Below, piece by piece: positions 6,884 through 14,008 of a stretch of DNA of 14,666 bases (the first letter of the stretch is position 1; each line of letters begins with the position of its first letter). Where the stretch lies: UHGV virus genome UHGV-0276404. The stretch is one strand, 5' to 3'. The notes under the pieces are model-generated. The model searched no databases. It saw only the letters and a program-made list of their open reading frames with translations, and had not been told where the DNA came from. Source of the DNA: a virus. The position numbers were made by a program, and so were the translations under genes.

Positions 6884-7255
6884 CTATTTATTTTTTAGCT
6901 TTTCATCCATAGCAAATTTCGTTGCTAAATTTTCACCATCTGATTTAAGCCTTCCAATAAATTTCCGCTTACCGTCTTGAGAGGAATTTAAATAGTATAT
7001 ATTTGATTCAGCAATCTTTTGTATGTACGACTCGCATGACACAACCGAAGCTTTGGATATAGAATCAACACTTTCTCCTGTCTTAGCGTATTTTACGACC
7101 TGCCCTTTTATACATCCAAAATATTCCATTGTATGCTTTTTAGAATCCTCCAGTGTTTCCCCATTTTTAGGCTGAATCATTAACGGTGAGGTAGTATCTG
7201 CAAAAGATTTTACAACTAAAAGCATAAGAATAATCATTAATATAATTCTGTTCAT
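6884..7255 (-). CDS. Secreted/periplasmic protein (123 aa) with a signal peptidase I-type signal peptide; AT-rich
   Basis: ATG at 7255 lies 1 nt after the TAA of the transglycosylase gene, with GGGAAG upstream (translational coupling). MNRIILMIILMLLVVKSFA / DTT... signal peptide, no lipobox; two Cys in the mature part. Confidence 0.65.
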   Translation of the reverse strand: MNRIILMIILMLLVVKSFADTTSPLMIQPKNGETLEDSKKHTMEYFGCIKGQVVKYAKTGESVDSISKASVVSCESYIQKIAESNIYYLNSSQDGKRKFIGRLKSDGENLATKFAMDEKLKNK

Positions 7256-7256
7256 A

Positions 7257-8366
7257 TTACTTCCCTAGCATGAACTGCGATGGTGGGATCAGAAAGTCGT
7301 TACCCTGTTCACGCTCAACACGGCGCTGATAACGCTCAAGAGAGCCTGGGTCGCCAATCTGTTTAATCCAGCCGTCAACCTTTCCTGGGCCAGCGTTATA
7401 GGCAGCTACTGCCAGAACCGGGTTATTGTCGTATTTCTTCATCTGCGCGCCGAAATAAGCTTGCCCCAAGCGGGCATTATAGCGCGGGTCATTCAACCAT
7501 TTATCTCGGTCCCACGGCACACCAGCAAGGCGGGCAGCTTCGGGGCCAGTATCTTCCGTCACCTGCGCTACGCCAACAGCGCCTTTTGGCGACACCAGAG
7601 GTGTTCCGTCCTTTCCGTACTGATTTCCGCCACTCTCCTGCCAGATTATTGCAGAGAATAACTGCGCCTCACTCGGTGTATCGGTTACCTCAATCTTGCC
7701 GTTCGGCCCCATCATCTGTTGATACATCGGCACATACCACGCCTCCGCCGCACCGTTCGCGGCATTCTCGCGCCACGAAACCCAGTTCTGTTCGATCTCT
7801 TCCTGACTCTGGCCGTGGGCTTCGCCGTAAGCGATGATGCTATGATATGCCTTCAATCCTGCCTGGTTTGCCATTGTCGGGTTACGGAACTGCATCGATA
7901 GGTTTTTTAGTGTCGCATCCTGCATATCCGCCTCATACTGGCGAACCTGTCCTATTTCGTACCTCCCGGCCTGCGTAGTGAACTGAATACGCTGTTGCTG
8001 CGCCTGCTGCATGAAAGCATTACGAGCCTGTTCATCTGGCAGCGACATAGCCAGTTGTTCAACCTGAGCATCAAACTGCTGCGTATACTCATGGCCTTTT
8101 CCAATAGCATTTTTCCCTTTCAGGTTAAGCAATCCTGTTTCAGGATTATTCAGCAGATCACTGCCTGTCTGACTGAGTTTAAGGGATGCCTCCTGAACAA
8201 AGGCAATATTGGCACGCTGTTTTGCCTGACCAAAAACATCAATTGCCTCTGTCCCTGCCCGAACAAAAGCATCACCAATACCTGGCTGAGAAAACGTCTG
8301 CAAGCCTGCTGACTGAACTCCACGACTCTCAACCTGACGTCCGGATACTGTTGGTACGACTGGCAT
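7257..8366 (-). CDS. Internal-virion-type protein with C-terminal lytic transglycosylase (SLT) domain
   Basis: Start ATG at 8366-8364 overlaps the upstream stop (TAATG) with GGAGGA 5 nt upstream; the ORF-track N-terminal extension to 8441 is rejected. SLT motifs IIWQESGGNQYG...GAVGVAQV...AYNAGPGKV; Gln-rich N-terminal region. Confidence 0.85.
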   Translation of the reverse strand: MPVVPTVSGRQVESRGVQSAGLQTFSQPGIGDAFVRAGTEAIDVFGQAKQRANIAFVQEASLKLSQTGSDLLNNPETGLLNLKGKNAIGKGHEYTQQFDAQVEQLAMSLPDEQARNAFMQQAQQQRIQFTTQAGRYEIGQVRQYEADMQDATLKNLSMQFRNPTMANQAGLKAYHSIIAYGEAHGQSQEEIEQNWVSWRENAANGAAEAWYVPMYQQMMGPNGKIEVTDTPSEAQLFSAIIWQESGGNQYGKDGTPLVSPKGAVGVAQVTEDTGPEAARLAGVPWDRDKWLNDPRYNARLGQAYFGAQMKKYDNNPVLAVAAYNAGPGKVDGWIKQIGDPGSLERYQRRVEREQGNDFLIPPSQFMLGK

Positions 8367-8911
8367 TATAATCCTCCGGGTAATCTGGTTCCTGCTGCTG
8401 CCCCGATTGGCGCAGGAGTGCTTTGAGTAAACGGACTCCACGTCCCACCAAACATCTGGTACGCACCGTATGCCTTCAGAGGCGCAGTGAGCAATGTTGT
8501 TGCTGCTCCTACATTCCCCTGTTTACGGGCTGAACTGGCTTCTGCTTTATAGTTGGCAGCCTGCACCTGATAACCGTAAGCCTCGCGTTGCGCGTTATTC
8601 ACCGTCGTTAGCGAATCAAGAGCACCAAACTGAGCAGTGTCACCAAATATATCCAGCGCGTTACCTGTAGATAAATCAGCGCCGGTAGCCCCCATTGTCG
8701 CCGCCTGTGTACCAAGCCGCTGTCGGGTCTCTCTGCGCCGTTGCTCAGCTTCAGCGTTACCTCTGTTTATTGCATCATTTGCCTGAGCTGTGGCTATATC
8801 TGCGTTCGCTTCTGCAACCTTCGAGGCATACTTTCCCTGTTGGTACTGGGTGTATGCCTGAATGCCACTCATGGCGAGCATTGCGCCACCAGCAATAACC
8901 GGATCGCACAT
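8366..8911 (-). CDS. Putative internal virion / ejection protein (181 aa, Ala/Gln/Gly-rich)
   Basis: ATG at 8911 overlaps the upstream stop (TAATG); operon context between a virion-type protein and the SLT protein. No recognisable catalytic motif. Confidence 0.55.
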   Translation of the reverse strand: MCDPVIAGGAMLAMSGIQAYTQYQQGKYASKVAEANADIATAQANDAINRGNAEAEQRRRETRQRLGTQAATMGATGADLSTGNALDIFGDTAQFGALDSLTTVNNAQREAYGYQVQAANYKAEASSARKQGNVGAATTLLTAPLKAYGAYQMFGGTWSPFTQSTPAPIGAAAGTRLPGGL

Positions 8912-9375
8912 TATTTTCTCTCCATGTGAAATCTGTGGAAATTAAGACCAAGAGCACCATAAGGCGCGGCTTCTTCAAGCCTGAATCCAAGCCAGTGCAG
9001 CCATGCTTTGGCAACATGGTTTCGCTCATCGACGTAGTTTTCCAGGCGCGGATAAACTGCCAGCATCTGCTGCAATACAGGGCGGCAGTGGCGAAGAAAT
9101 GTCTTCTGATATTTTTCAATACGGCTGGTTCCTACCAGCCAGGGCGTACCATTGCCACCGATCATTGACGCCGGAGATACGCCAAACATGGTTACCAGTT
9201 CTCCGTTCGCAAATCCTGACCAGGCCATAGTCGCAGTGCGAAGACCAACACGCAGCGCATCTTCGGTAGTCATCAGCGATACCGCATACAGTTCGTCAAT
9301 ATCAGCCTGACGAACATCCGGCAAAATCATCTGAAGATGCTCTTCGGTAGCGGGAACAATTCGAACATCGATCAT
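8911..9375 (-). CDS. Hypothetical virion-operon protein (154 aa); weak GNAT-like C-terminal motif
   Basis: ATG at 9375 overlaps the upstream stop (TGATG). C-terminal NHVAKAWLHWLGFRLEE loosely resembles the acetyl-CoA-binding region of GNAT acetyltransferases; recalled from memory, unverified. Confidence 0.5.
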   Translation of the reverse strand: MIDVRIVPATEEHLQMILPDVRQADIDELYAVSLMTTEDALRVGLRTATMAWSGFANGELVTMFGVSPASMIGGNGTPWLVGTSRIEKYQKTFLRHCRPVLQQMLAVYPRLENYVDERNHVAKAWLHWLGFRLEEAAPYGALGLNFHRFHMERK

Positions 9376-9965
9376 CAGAATCCCCCAACAGTAAGGCGAG
9401 GAATAACGGCAAGAACAGACAGCGGCAACGGATCAAGCTGACGGATTTTTACACGTCCGTTTTTGCCCCAGTTACTGTCCAGTTTCACTTCTACTTTTCC
9501 GGTAGCATCATCAACAGGATCATCGTAGAACTCGAATTCACGCTGTGGATATTCGTACCATTTACCGCCGGGCGTAGTCGCCCAGATGCCGCGACTGGCA
9601 TTCACAACCAGAGTAACGGAGGGGATCACCTGTTTTTTGTCCAGCAGCGTTTCCTGTCCGTTAATGTTGATATCCAGTGTTTCGAATTCAGCAGTTATTG
9701 GCAGGCCGATGTGCACTACAGCCCCCGGAGATTCCAGCGTGACGGCACCTCCGGAAACCACTTTCTGTGGTTCCACGTTCGCATCAGAGAGAATGTTTAC
9801 GGTCTGGCCTTCAAGATGAGACAGGCCTCCAAATGTCCGGCGCGCCATCTGCCAGTTCGTGGTGGCCACATTCCTGAGGGATGGCGGGACGTTCCTGTTA
9901 GCACGAACCACTACAGCGGTATTGCTGGTTACAGAAATAATGTCGCAACGTAATTCTTTTGACAC
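9375..9965 (-). CDS. Hypothetical structural-operon protein; 5' end and true start uncertain (possible fusion remnant)
   Basis: The frame is open from 9965, but the first in-frame start is GTG with no SD and it overlaps the portal-like ORF by 37 nt in another frame. The internal ATG at 9848 also lacks a good SD. Confidence 0.45.
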   Translation of the reverse strand: MSKELRCDIISVTSNTAVVVRANRNVPPSLRNVATTNWQMARRTFGGLSHLEGQTVNILSDANVEPQKVVSGGAVTLESPGAVVHIGLPITAEFETLDININGQETLLDKKQVIPSVTLVVNASRGIWATTPGGKWYEYPQREFEFYDDPVDDATGKVEVKLDSNWGKNGRVKIRQLDPLPLSVLAVIPRLTVGGF

Positions 9966-10459
9966 CTCATCGCCAGTATCAGGATCAGTTCCGGTATCGG
10001 GAATGGCATTGTGCGAATGATGTCCTCGTCATCCTCCAGCACTGCCATTGCACCAGTGCTGTATGTGCCGAGGCTTCCGTATAACTGCGGCAGCGACTGA
10101 TAGAGATTCGACTTATTGAACATATCGTTCATGCGGTTCTGCACCGCCTCAAGCCACAACTTAACAGGGCCATAATCCATCATTTCAGGATCTGGCGTAG
10201 CCAGGCGAAACCACGGACGCGCGGGGCTTGTGATGCCTGACATCATGCCGCTGGCGAGAGTGCGCGCCGCCATAGTCCCGGTCGAATCAATAATGCGTGT
10301 ATTGCGTCGATCGTTACGGTTGACCTCAGAAGTCAGAAAGCGGGAACCACGCGGGTTGATGTAATCACTCAACTCGCGCCAGTGCGGCTCGAACGACTGA
10401 CGCTCGCTTTCAAGTTGTGCGAACTGTTTGTTCAATCGCTCTTTAGTTGTTTCCGCCAT
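9929..10459 (-). pseudogene. Portal (head-tail connector) N-terminal fragment, T7 gp8-like, only ~176 aa
   Basis: ATG at 10459 with GGAG 8 nt upstream. ERQSFEPHWRELSDYINP...TLASGMMSGITSPARPWFRLA matches the N-terminal pattern of podovirus portals as I recall T7 gp8 (DRAPYETRAQNCAQYTIP...LASKLMLALFPMQTWMRLT). The ORF ends after 176 aa, whereas full portals are 500+ aa. Confidence 0.5.
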
Positions 10460-10473
10460 TTCAATGACTCCGG

Positions 10474-10680
10474 TTACTGACCAAGCAGCGTTTTACCGCT
10501 GGTATTAGCGGTTGATGTGTCACCCTGAGAACCGGTAAGCAGCGTAGAACTACGACCAGCAGCAGCGCGACGGCGACGAGTTTCTTCGTCGCGGGCATCA
10601 ACAACGGCGGCATCCTGCTCCTGTGGTGCTGCCTGAACTTCTGGTGTTGCAGGCACTGACGGTGAGCTACCCATGCACAT
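10474..10680 (-). CDS. Small Ser/Thr/Ala-rich protein (68 aa) upstream of the portal fragment; possibly T7 gp6.7-like
   Basis: ATG at 10680 preceded by CGGAGTCATTGAT, a near-duplicate of the translation-initiation region at 10459-10475. Preferred over the overlapping frame 10461-10700, whose stop would overlap the next gene's SD. The gp6.7 analogy rests only on size, position and the MC- start. Confidence 0.4.
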   Translation of the reverse strand: MCMGSSPSVPATPEVQAAPQEQDAAVVDARDEETRRRRAAAGRSSTLLTGSQGDTSTANTSGKTLLGQ

Positions 10681-10769
10681 ATCAATGACTCCGTACGCAA
10701 TTAAATTATTACCAATTTAACCACATATGATTTATTTATCGTAGACAGTTGACATTTAACGCACGAATT

Positions 10770-10785
10770 ATTACCTTTCAGGTAA
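10770..10785. promoter_or_regulatory. Operator-like inverted repeat ATTACCTTTCAGGTAA (copy 5), overlapping a candidate promoter (TTGACA at 10750-10755)
   Basis: TTGACA, a 15-nt spacer, then the motif; heads the plus-strand tRNA unit. An upstream half-site at 10708-10713 and AACCACATATG at 10719-10729 mirror the arrangement at 3288-3343. Confidence 0.45.
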
Positions 10786-11107
10786 GCAAATGGTTCATTC
10801 CGGTTATTAACCTGACTGGCTTGTCGTTAAATTGAACAGGTGGAGTGAGCTTTTATTTTGAGCAGTACGGCGTATGGCACATGCGCCGATAGCGGTCTGG
10901 ATACGTTTAAGGGGCACCCTCCCTTGCTCGGGCAAACGAACCAGGTAGCCGGAATGTGCAAGTCGAGCGGTTTTATTCCGCGCACGGGGATTCACCATCC
11001 CGGCGATTCGGTGTGACGCCTCGGAAGAGACGAGGGTACAACGATGAGAGCATTTATGGAGCCGCGACAAAGTGTGGCGCCTTAACAGGCTAAGTGCTCT
11101 CAGCGTT

Positions 11108-11184
11108 GTGGCATTAGCTCAGTTGGACAGAGCAACCGCCTTCTAAGCGGTTGGTCGCAGGTTCGAATCCTGCATGCCACGCCA
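11108..11184 (+). tRNA. tRNA-Arg (anticodon UCU, reads AGA)
   Basis: Hand-folded cloverleaf: acceptor GTGGCAT/ATGCCAC, D-arm GCTC-AGTTGGACA-GAGC, anticodon arm ACCGC-CTTCTAA-GCGGT, variable TGGTC, T-arm GCAGG-TTCGAAT-CCTGC, discriminator G and encoded CCA. 77 nt. Confidence 0.9.
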
Positions 11185-11227
11185 GAATCACGCCTAAGGA
11201 CCGTGATGCCAGAAGTTCCAGGGGCTT

Positions 11228-11270
11228 GGCGGTGATGGTTTCCCTTGAAGGACTATCACCGCCCTTTTTA
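11228..11270 (+). terminator. Hairpin (GGCGGTGAT ... ATCACCGCC, 18-nt loop) followed by CTTTTTA, 3' of the tRNA
   Basis: 9-bp perfect inverted repeat plus a short U-run; may be a tRNA 3'-processing structure or terminator. Confidence 0.4.
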
Positions 11271-11347
11271 CAGCAGGACGCCATTGCGATGACTTCATGC
11301 TGTAAACCAGTACAGCCACGGAAGGCATAACTCATTGCTTCCAGTTC

Positions 11348-11371
11348 GCCCGGTTCGCCGGGCATTTTTTT
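11348..11371 (+). terminator. Intrinsic terminator GCCCGG-TTCG-CCGGGC + ATTTTTTT, abutting the SD of the 11383 gene
   Basis: Canonical GC stem, 4-nt loop and 7-U run; the SD AAGGTGAG begins 1 nt after the run. Confidence 0.7.
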
Positions 11372-11382
11372 AAGGTGAGATT

Positions 11383-11739
11383 ATGAACGACCAGCAAATC
11401 GAAAAAGAAATCGTTGAGAAAGGCAAAACCGCTCCGCGAGTTACGCCTCAATATATCGAAAGCATCATTCTTGAAGAGCATTTCTTTACTGCTTATGACG
11501 GCATTCGTGCTGCCAATATGGGCGTTGGCGATTCATGGACAGCGCATAAATCTACAGACCTCCTGACTTTCTGCGTATTGGTACTGAAGAATGGCTTCAC
11601 CGTCACCGGAGAGAGTGCCTGTGCAAGTCCGGAAAATTTTGATGCAGAAATTGGTCGGAAGATTGCCCGGCAGAATGCTGTAAACAAAATCTGGATGCTC
11701 GAAGGTTACTTGCTGAAGCAGAAGTTAAGCGAGCAATAA
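11383..11739 (+). CDS. Hypothetical phage protein (118 aa)
   Basis: ATG at 11383 with AAGGTGAG upstream; good coding look. Family not confidently recognised; a resemblance to the Gp49/Sf6 gp66-type small phage proteins is only a guess. Confidence 0.75.
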   Translation: MNDQQIEKEIVEKGKTAPRVTPQYIESIILEEHFFTAYDGIRAANMGVGDSWTAHKSTDLLTFCVLVLKNGFTVTGESACASPENFDAEIGRKIARQNAVNKIWMLEGYLLKQKLSEQ

Positions 11740-11743
11740 CACC

Positions 11744-11755
11744 GTGACATGTCAC
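11744..11755. repeat. Perfect 12-bp palindrome GTGACATGTCAC (copy 2 of 3)
   Basis: Read directly; 5 nt after the stop of the 11383-11739 gene and directly before a hairpin terminator. Confidence 0.9.
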
Positions 11756-11756
11756 A

Positions 11757-11788
11757 AACAGCCAGCCGATGAGCTGGCTTTGTTTTAT
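11757..11788 (+). terminator. Hairpin (AAACAGCCAGC / GCTGGCTTTGTTT, one bulge) with U-rich tail at the convergent junction with terL
   Basis: 7-bp perfect core AGCCAGC/GCTGGCT, 6-nt loop, then TTTGTTTTAT. Confidence 0.5.
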
Positions 11789-11829
11789 CCTCATCAGAGG
11801 ATATCAACGACATTATCCCCACTAGCGGA

Positions 11830-13305
11830 TTAAGCATAGGGATCGTAATCTGTGATGGCCTTGCCTTGCTGGTTCTGCTGCCCGGGAATTCGCAGACGCT
11901 TTGACACAGGGAAAGCAAACGTCAGCAGTAGCGCATCGCCTTTACCAGGAGAACGCCCAAGCCGCTCCTTGATATCTTCCTTCGGTTCGATAACGATTTT
12001 ACCGTCCACTCGAACTTTATACTCTGCCGCCGACAGGTCGTCCGCTGTTTCCTGGTCATCCAGCATCCCGCCCAGCCTCAGCCATGTCTTGCATGAGTTG
12101 AACATCTCCCCACGCTTGTTGAGCATCTGCGGGTCAGTAGACGCGCCACCGAACGGAACAAGTTGCCATGTGCGCCCCCAACCATCACCGATTGACTTCA
12201 GACCGGTACCGTAACCGAAGTCGATGAACACCGCGTCAGCCTGATACTGGTCTTCAAAGTCAGCGATACGCTTCGCCATAATCAGATCGTCGGTGGTCTT
12301 GTTACCAGTCCATAGCACCTTACTGTGCAGCCCCTGCCGCAGGTATATCACAGCGTCATCAACGCCGGAGTATGCCGGGTCAACGCCGATTATCACCGGA
12401 GCATGCGCCACCTGCGCAGCGGTTACCACCCGTTTCATTGCCTCATCAGTAAGACCGGTAGGGATAAACTGCAATTCAGATGCATCAGGGAATATGCCGC
12501 GCACACGGATTTTAACGAAGTCGCTATCTTCCCCGTAGTCATCAACCCATTTCTGCAACTGCTGTTTGTTAGTGCCTTCCACCGTCCGGCTGTCAATCTG
12601 CGCAGTTTTCCAGCGGTGTTTATATTTGCGGAAACATTCGCGGAAACGCCCGGTGTTACGAGTAGGGTTTCCGAACGCCACCCAGATAATCTCAGTGTCT
12701 TCGTCCGTAAGCGCACCCTCAGCAACTTCCCACACCAGATCCGCAATGTTCGACGCTTCATCGAATACCACGATGATGCGTTTGCGCTCGTTGTGTAGTC
12801 CGGCGAATGCCTCAGTGTTGTGCTCAGACCAGGGGATTGCGTCAGCTCGCCACCGCTTGTCGTGCCCAGGATCATTGCTGTACATCGCGGTAGCGGTACA
12901 GGTAAACCAGTCTTTCGTGATAGCAAGGTTCGACCACTTGATAATTTCCGGCCAGGTCTTCGTTCGTAGCTGGTTGTCGGTGTTGGCGGTCACCACGACC
13001 TTACAATCCTCGCAAGTGGACATGCCCCAGTTGATCAACATTGAGATGAATGCTGATTTACCAATACCGTGGCCCGAAGCACGTGCCAGCATAAGCGGCT
13101 GATAGCGCGTCTCGGGATTCTGCAGGTGATCACGTATCTCTCGGAACGCATCGGCCTGCCACTGACGTAGGCCGGTAGCATGTGCCAGTTCAGTCCCCTC
13201 TTCCCCCCACGGGAACGCATAGAGGGCATAGCCAAGCGGATCGTGAGTGAACCCTGCAATATCCTCGATCAACTGCTCTTCAGGAGATAACGCTGCATCT
13301 GTCAC
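11830..13305 (-). CDS. terL: Terminase large subunit
   Basis: 491-aa ORF. Walker A-like ARASGHGIGKSAF and acidic nuclease-type motifs (IIVVFDEASN, VIIGVDPAYSGVDD). GTG start at 13305 overlaps the TerS stop (GTGA) with AGGATGG upstream. Confidence 0.9.
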   Translation of the reverse strand: MTDAALSPEEQLIEDIAGFTHDPLGYALYAFPWGEEGTELAHATGLRQWQADAFREIRDHLQNPETRYQPLMLARASGHGIGKSAFISMLINWGMSTCEDCKVVVTANTDNQLRTKTWPEIIKWSNLAITKDWFTCTATAMYSNDPGHDKRWRADAIPWSEHNTEAFAGLHNERKRIIVVFDEASNIADLVWEVAEGALTDEDTEIIWVAFGNPTRNTGRFRECFRKYKHRWKTAQIDSRTVEGTNKQQLQKWVDDYGEDSDFVKIRVRGIFPDASELQFIPTGLTDEAMKRVVTAAQVAHAPVIIGVDPAYSGVDDAVIYLRQGLHSKVLWTGNKTTDDLIMAKRIADFEDQYQADAVFIDFGYGTGLKSIGDGWGRTWQLVPFGGASTDPQMLNKRGEMFNSCKTWLRLGGMLDDQETADDLSAAEYKVRVDGKIVIEPKEDIKERLGRSPGKGDALLLTFAFPVSKRLRIPGQQNQQGKAITDYDPYA

Positions 13306-13898
13306 TGATTACCATCCTGACGTTCTTTGAGTCGCTTCCTGGCTGCTGCTATGCGATCAGCAATTGTCACATTCACATTAACATCCAGACGTTCTTTGAA
13401 CGCGTTGACATCAACATGCTTACCAATCAGCTCAAGGTTCTTCACCTTGTCAGGCCATTTAATTTTTTTGAGGATTGTCTCTATCGAATCCTCGTTCATG
13501 TTCATGATGGTCGATGACAGATCAAAGCCACTAAGCGTAGTGCGCCAGATTTTCGGCCACTCACGGATTGGTTTAAGGCTCCCATCGTCGTTGAGGATGT
13601 CGATCACATCCATCTGGTCGATCTCCACCAGGCGCATAAGAACGTAATCGGCACTGACGCGCATTCGTTTGTTGCGCTCCTCCATCAGCTCGGCAATCCG
13701 TTTTTGAATGCGTTCATCGCGCATCATGACACTGGCTTTAACTGCCGCTGTATTTGGGGAGAATCCTGCGTTAATCGCTGCCTGAGTCTGGTTTTCAGGC
13801 GTTTTGATGTATGACTGGCAATAAGCCTCCTGCATTGCTGTTAGTGGCTTAAATTGCGTTGATTTGCGTTTATAGGTTTTAGGTTCAGCAGGCATCAT
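13302..13898 (-). CDS. terS: Terminase small subunit
   Basis: KPLTAMQEAYCQSYIKTPENQTQAAINAGFSPNTAAVKASVMMRDERIQKRIAELM is a typical TerS DNA-binding N-terminus. Start placed at the ATG pair 13898/13895, because an intrinsic terminator (13941-13967) lies inside the ORF-track N-terminal extension from the TTG at 13976. Confidence 0.8.
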   Translation of the reverse strand: MMPAEPKTYKRKSTQFKPLTAMQEAYCQSYIKTPENQTQAAINAGFSPNTAAVKASVMMRDERIQKRIAELMEERNKRMRVSADYVLMRLVEIDQMDVIDILNDDGSLKPIREWPKIWRTTLSGFDLSSTIMNMNEDSIETILKKIKWPDKVKNLELIGKHVDVNAFKERLDVNVNVTIADRIAAARKRLKERQDGNQ

Positions 13899-13940
13899 AA
13901 CCACCGTGGTAATAGTTACCGTTGTGGTAATAGTACCATG

Positions 13941-13967
13941 CAAAATAAAGCCGCCATAGTTGGCGGC
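13941..13967 (-). terminator. Minus-strand intrinsic terminator GCCGCC-AACTAT-GGCGGC + TTTATTTTG upstream of terS
   Basis: 6-bp GC stem and 6-nt loop, followed on the minus strand by a U-rich run. Confidence 0.5.
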
Positions 13968-14008
13968 AGTATTCAAAACCCATCAAATTCATCATGCATA
14001 ATCTACTC

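Noticed and set aside
7461-9230. Numerous 60-120 aa ORFs on both strands overlapping the virion operon (for example 7586-7837, 7995-8312, 8775-9119, 8926-9168)
   Set aside because: All overlap the chain of translationally coupled minus-strand genes (TAATG/TGATG junctions with SDs). Their products are Arg/Ser/Pro/His-rich and lack start signals.
10461-10700. Alternative frame (79 aa) for the small gene upstream of the portal fragment
   Set aside because: Its stop would overlap the SD of the portal-like gene and its product is Arg/His/Leu-rich low complexity. The 10474-10680 frame has an ATG with a GGAG SD and ends 14 nt before the next start.
10950-11040. Possible second tRNA or pseudo-tRNA (GTCGAGCGGTT resembles a class II tRNA D-arm)
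   Set aside because: No T-loop (GTTCRANYC) or matching acceptor stem could be found by hand, so the resemblance is probably coincidental. A tRNAscan-SE run would settle it.
10807-11365. Minus-strand ORFs 10807-11070 and 11114-11365
   Set aside because: The second overlaps the tRNA-Arg gene and both terminator hairpins. The first lies in the tRNA leader with no SD and implausible composition.
11852-13259. Plus-strand and alternative-frame ORFs inside terL and terS (for example 12325-12798, 12566-13102, 12435-12926)
   Set aside because: They are nested within the terminase genes, which carry clear Walker A, nuclease and TerS motifs; typical antisense shadow ORFs.
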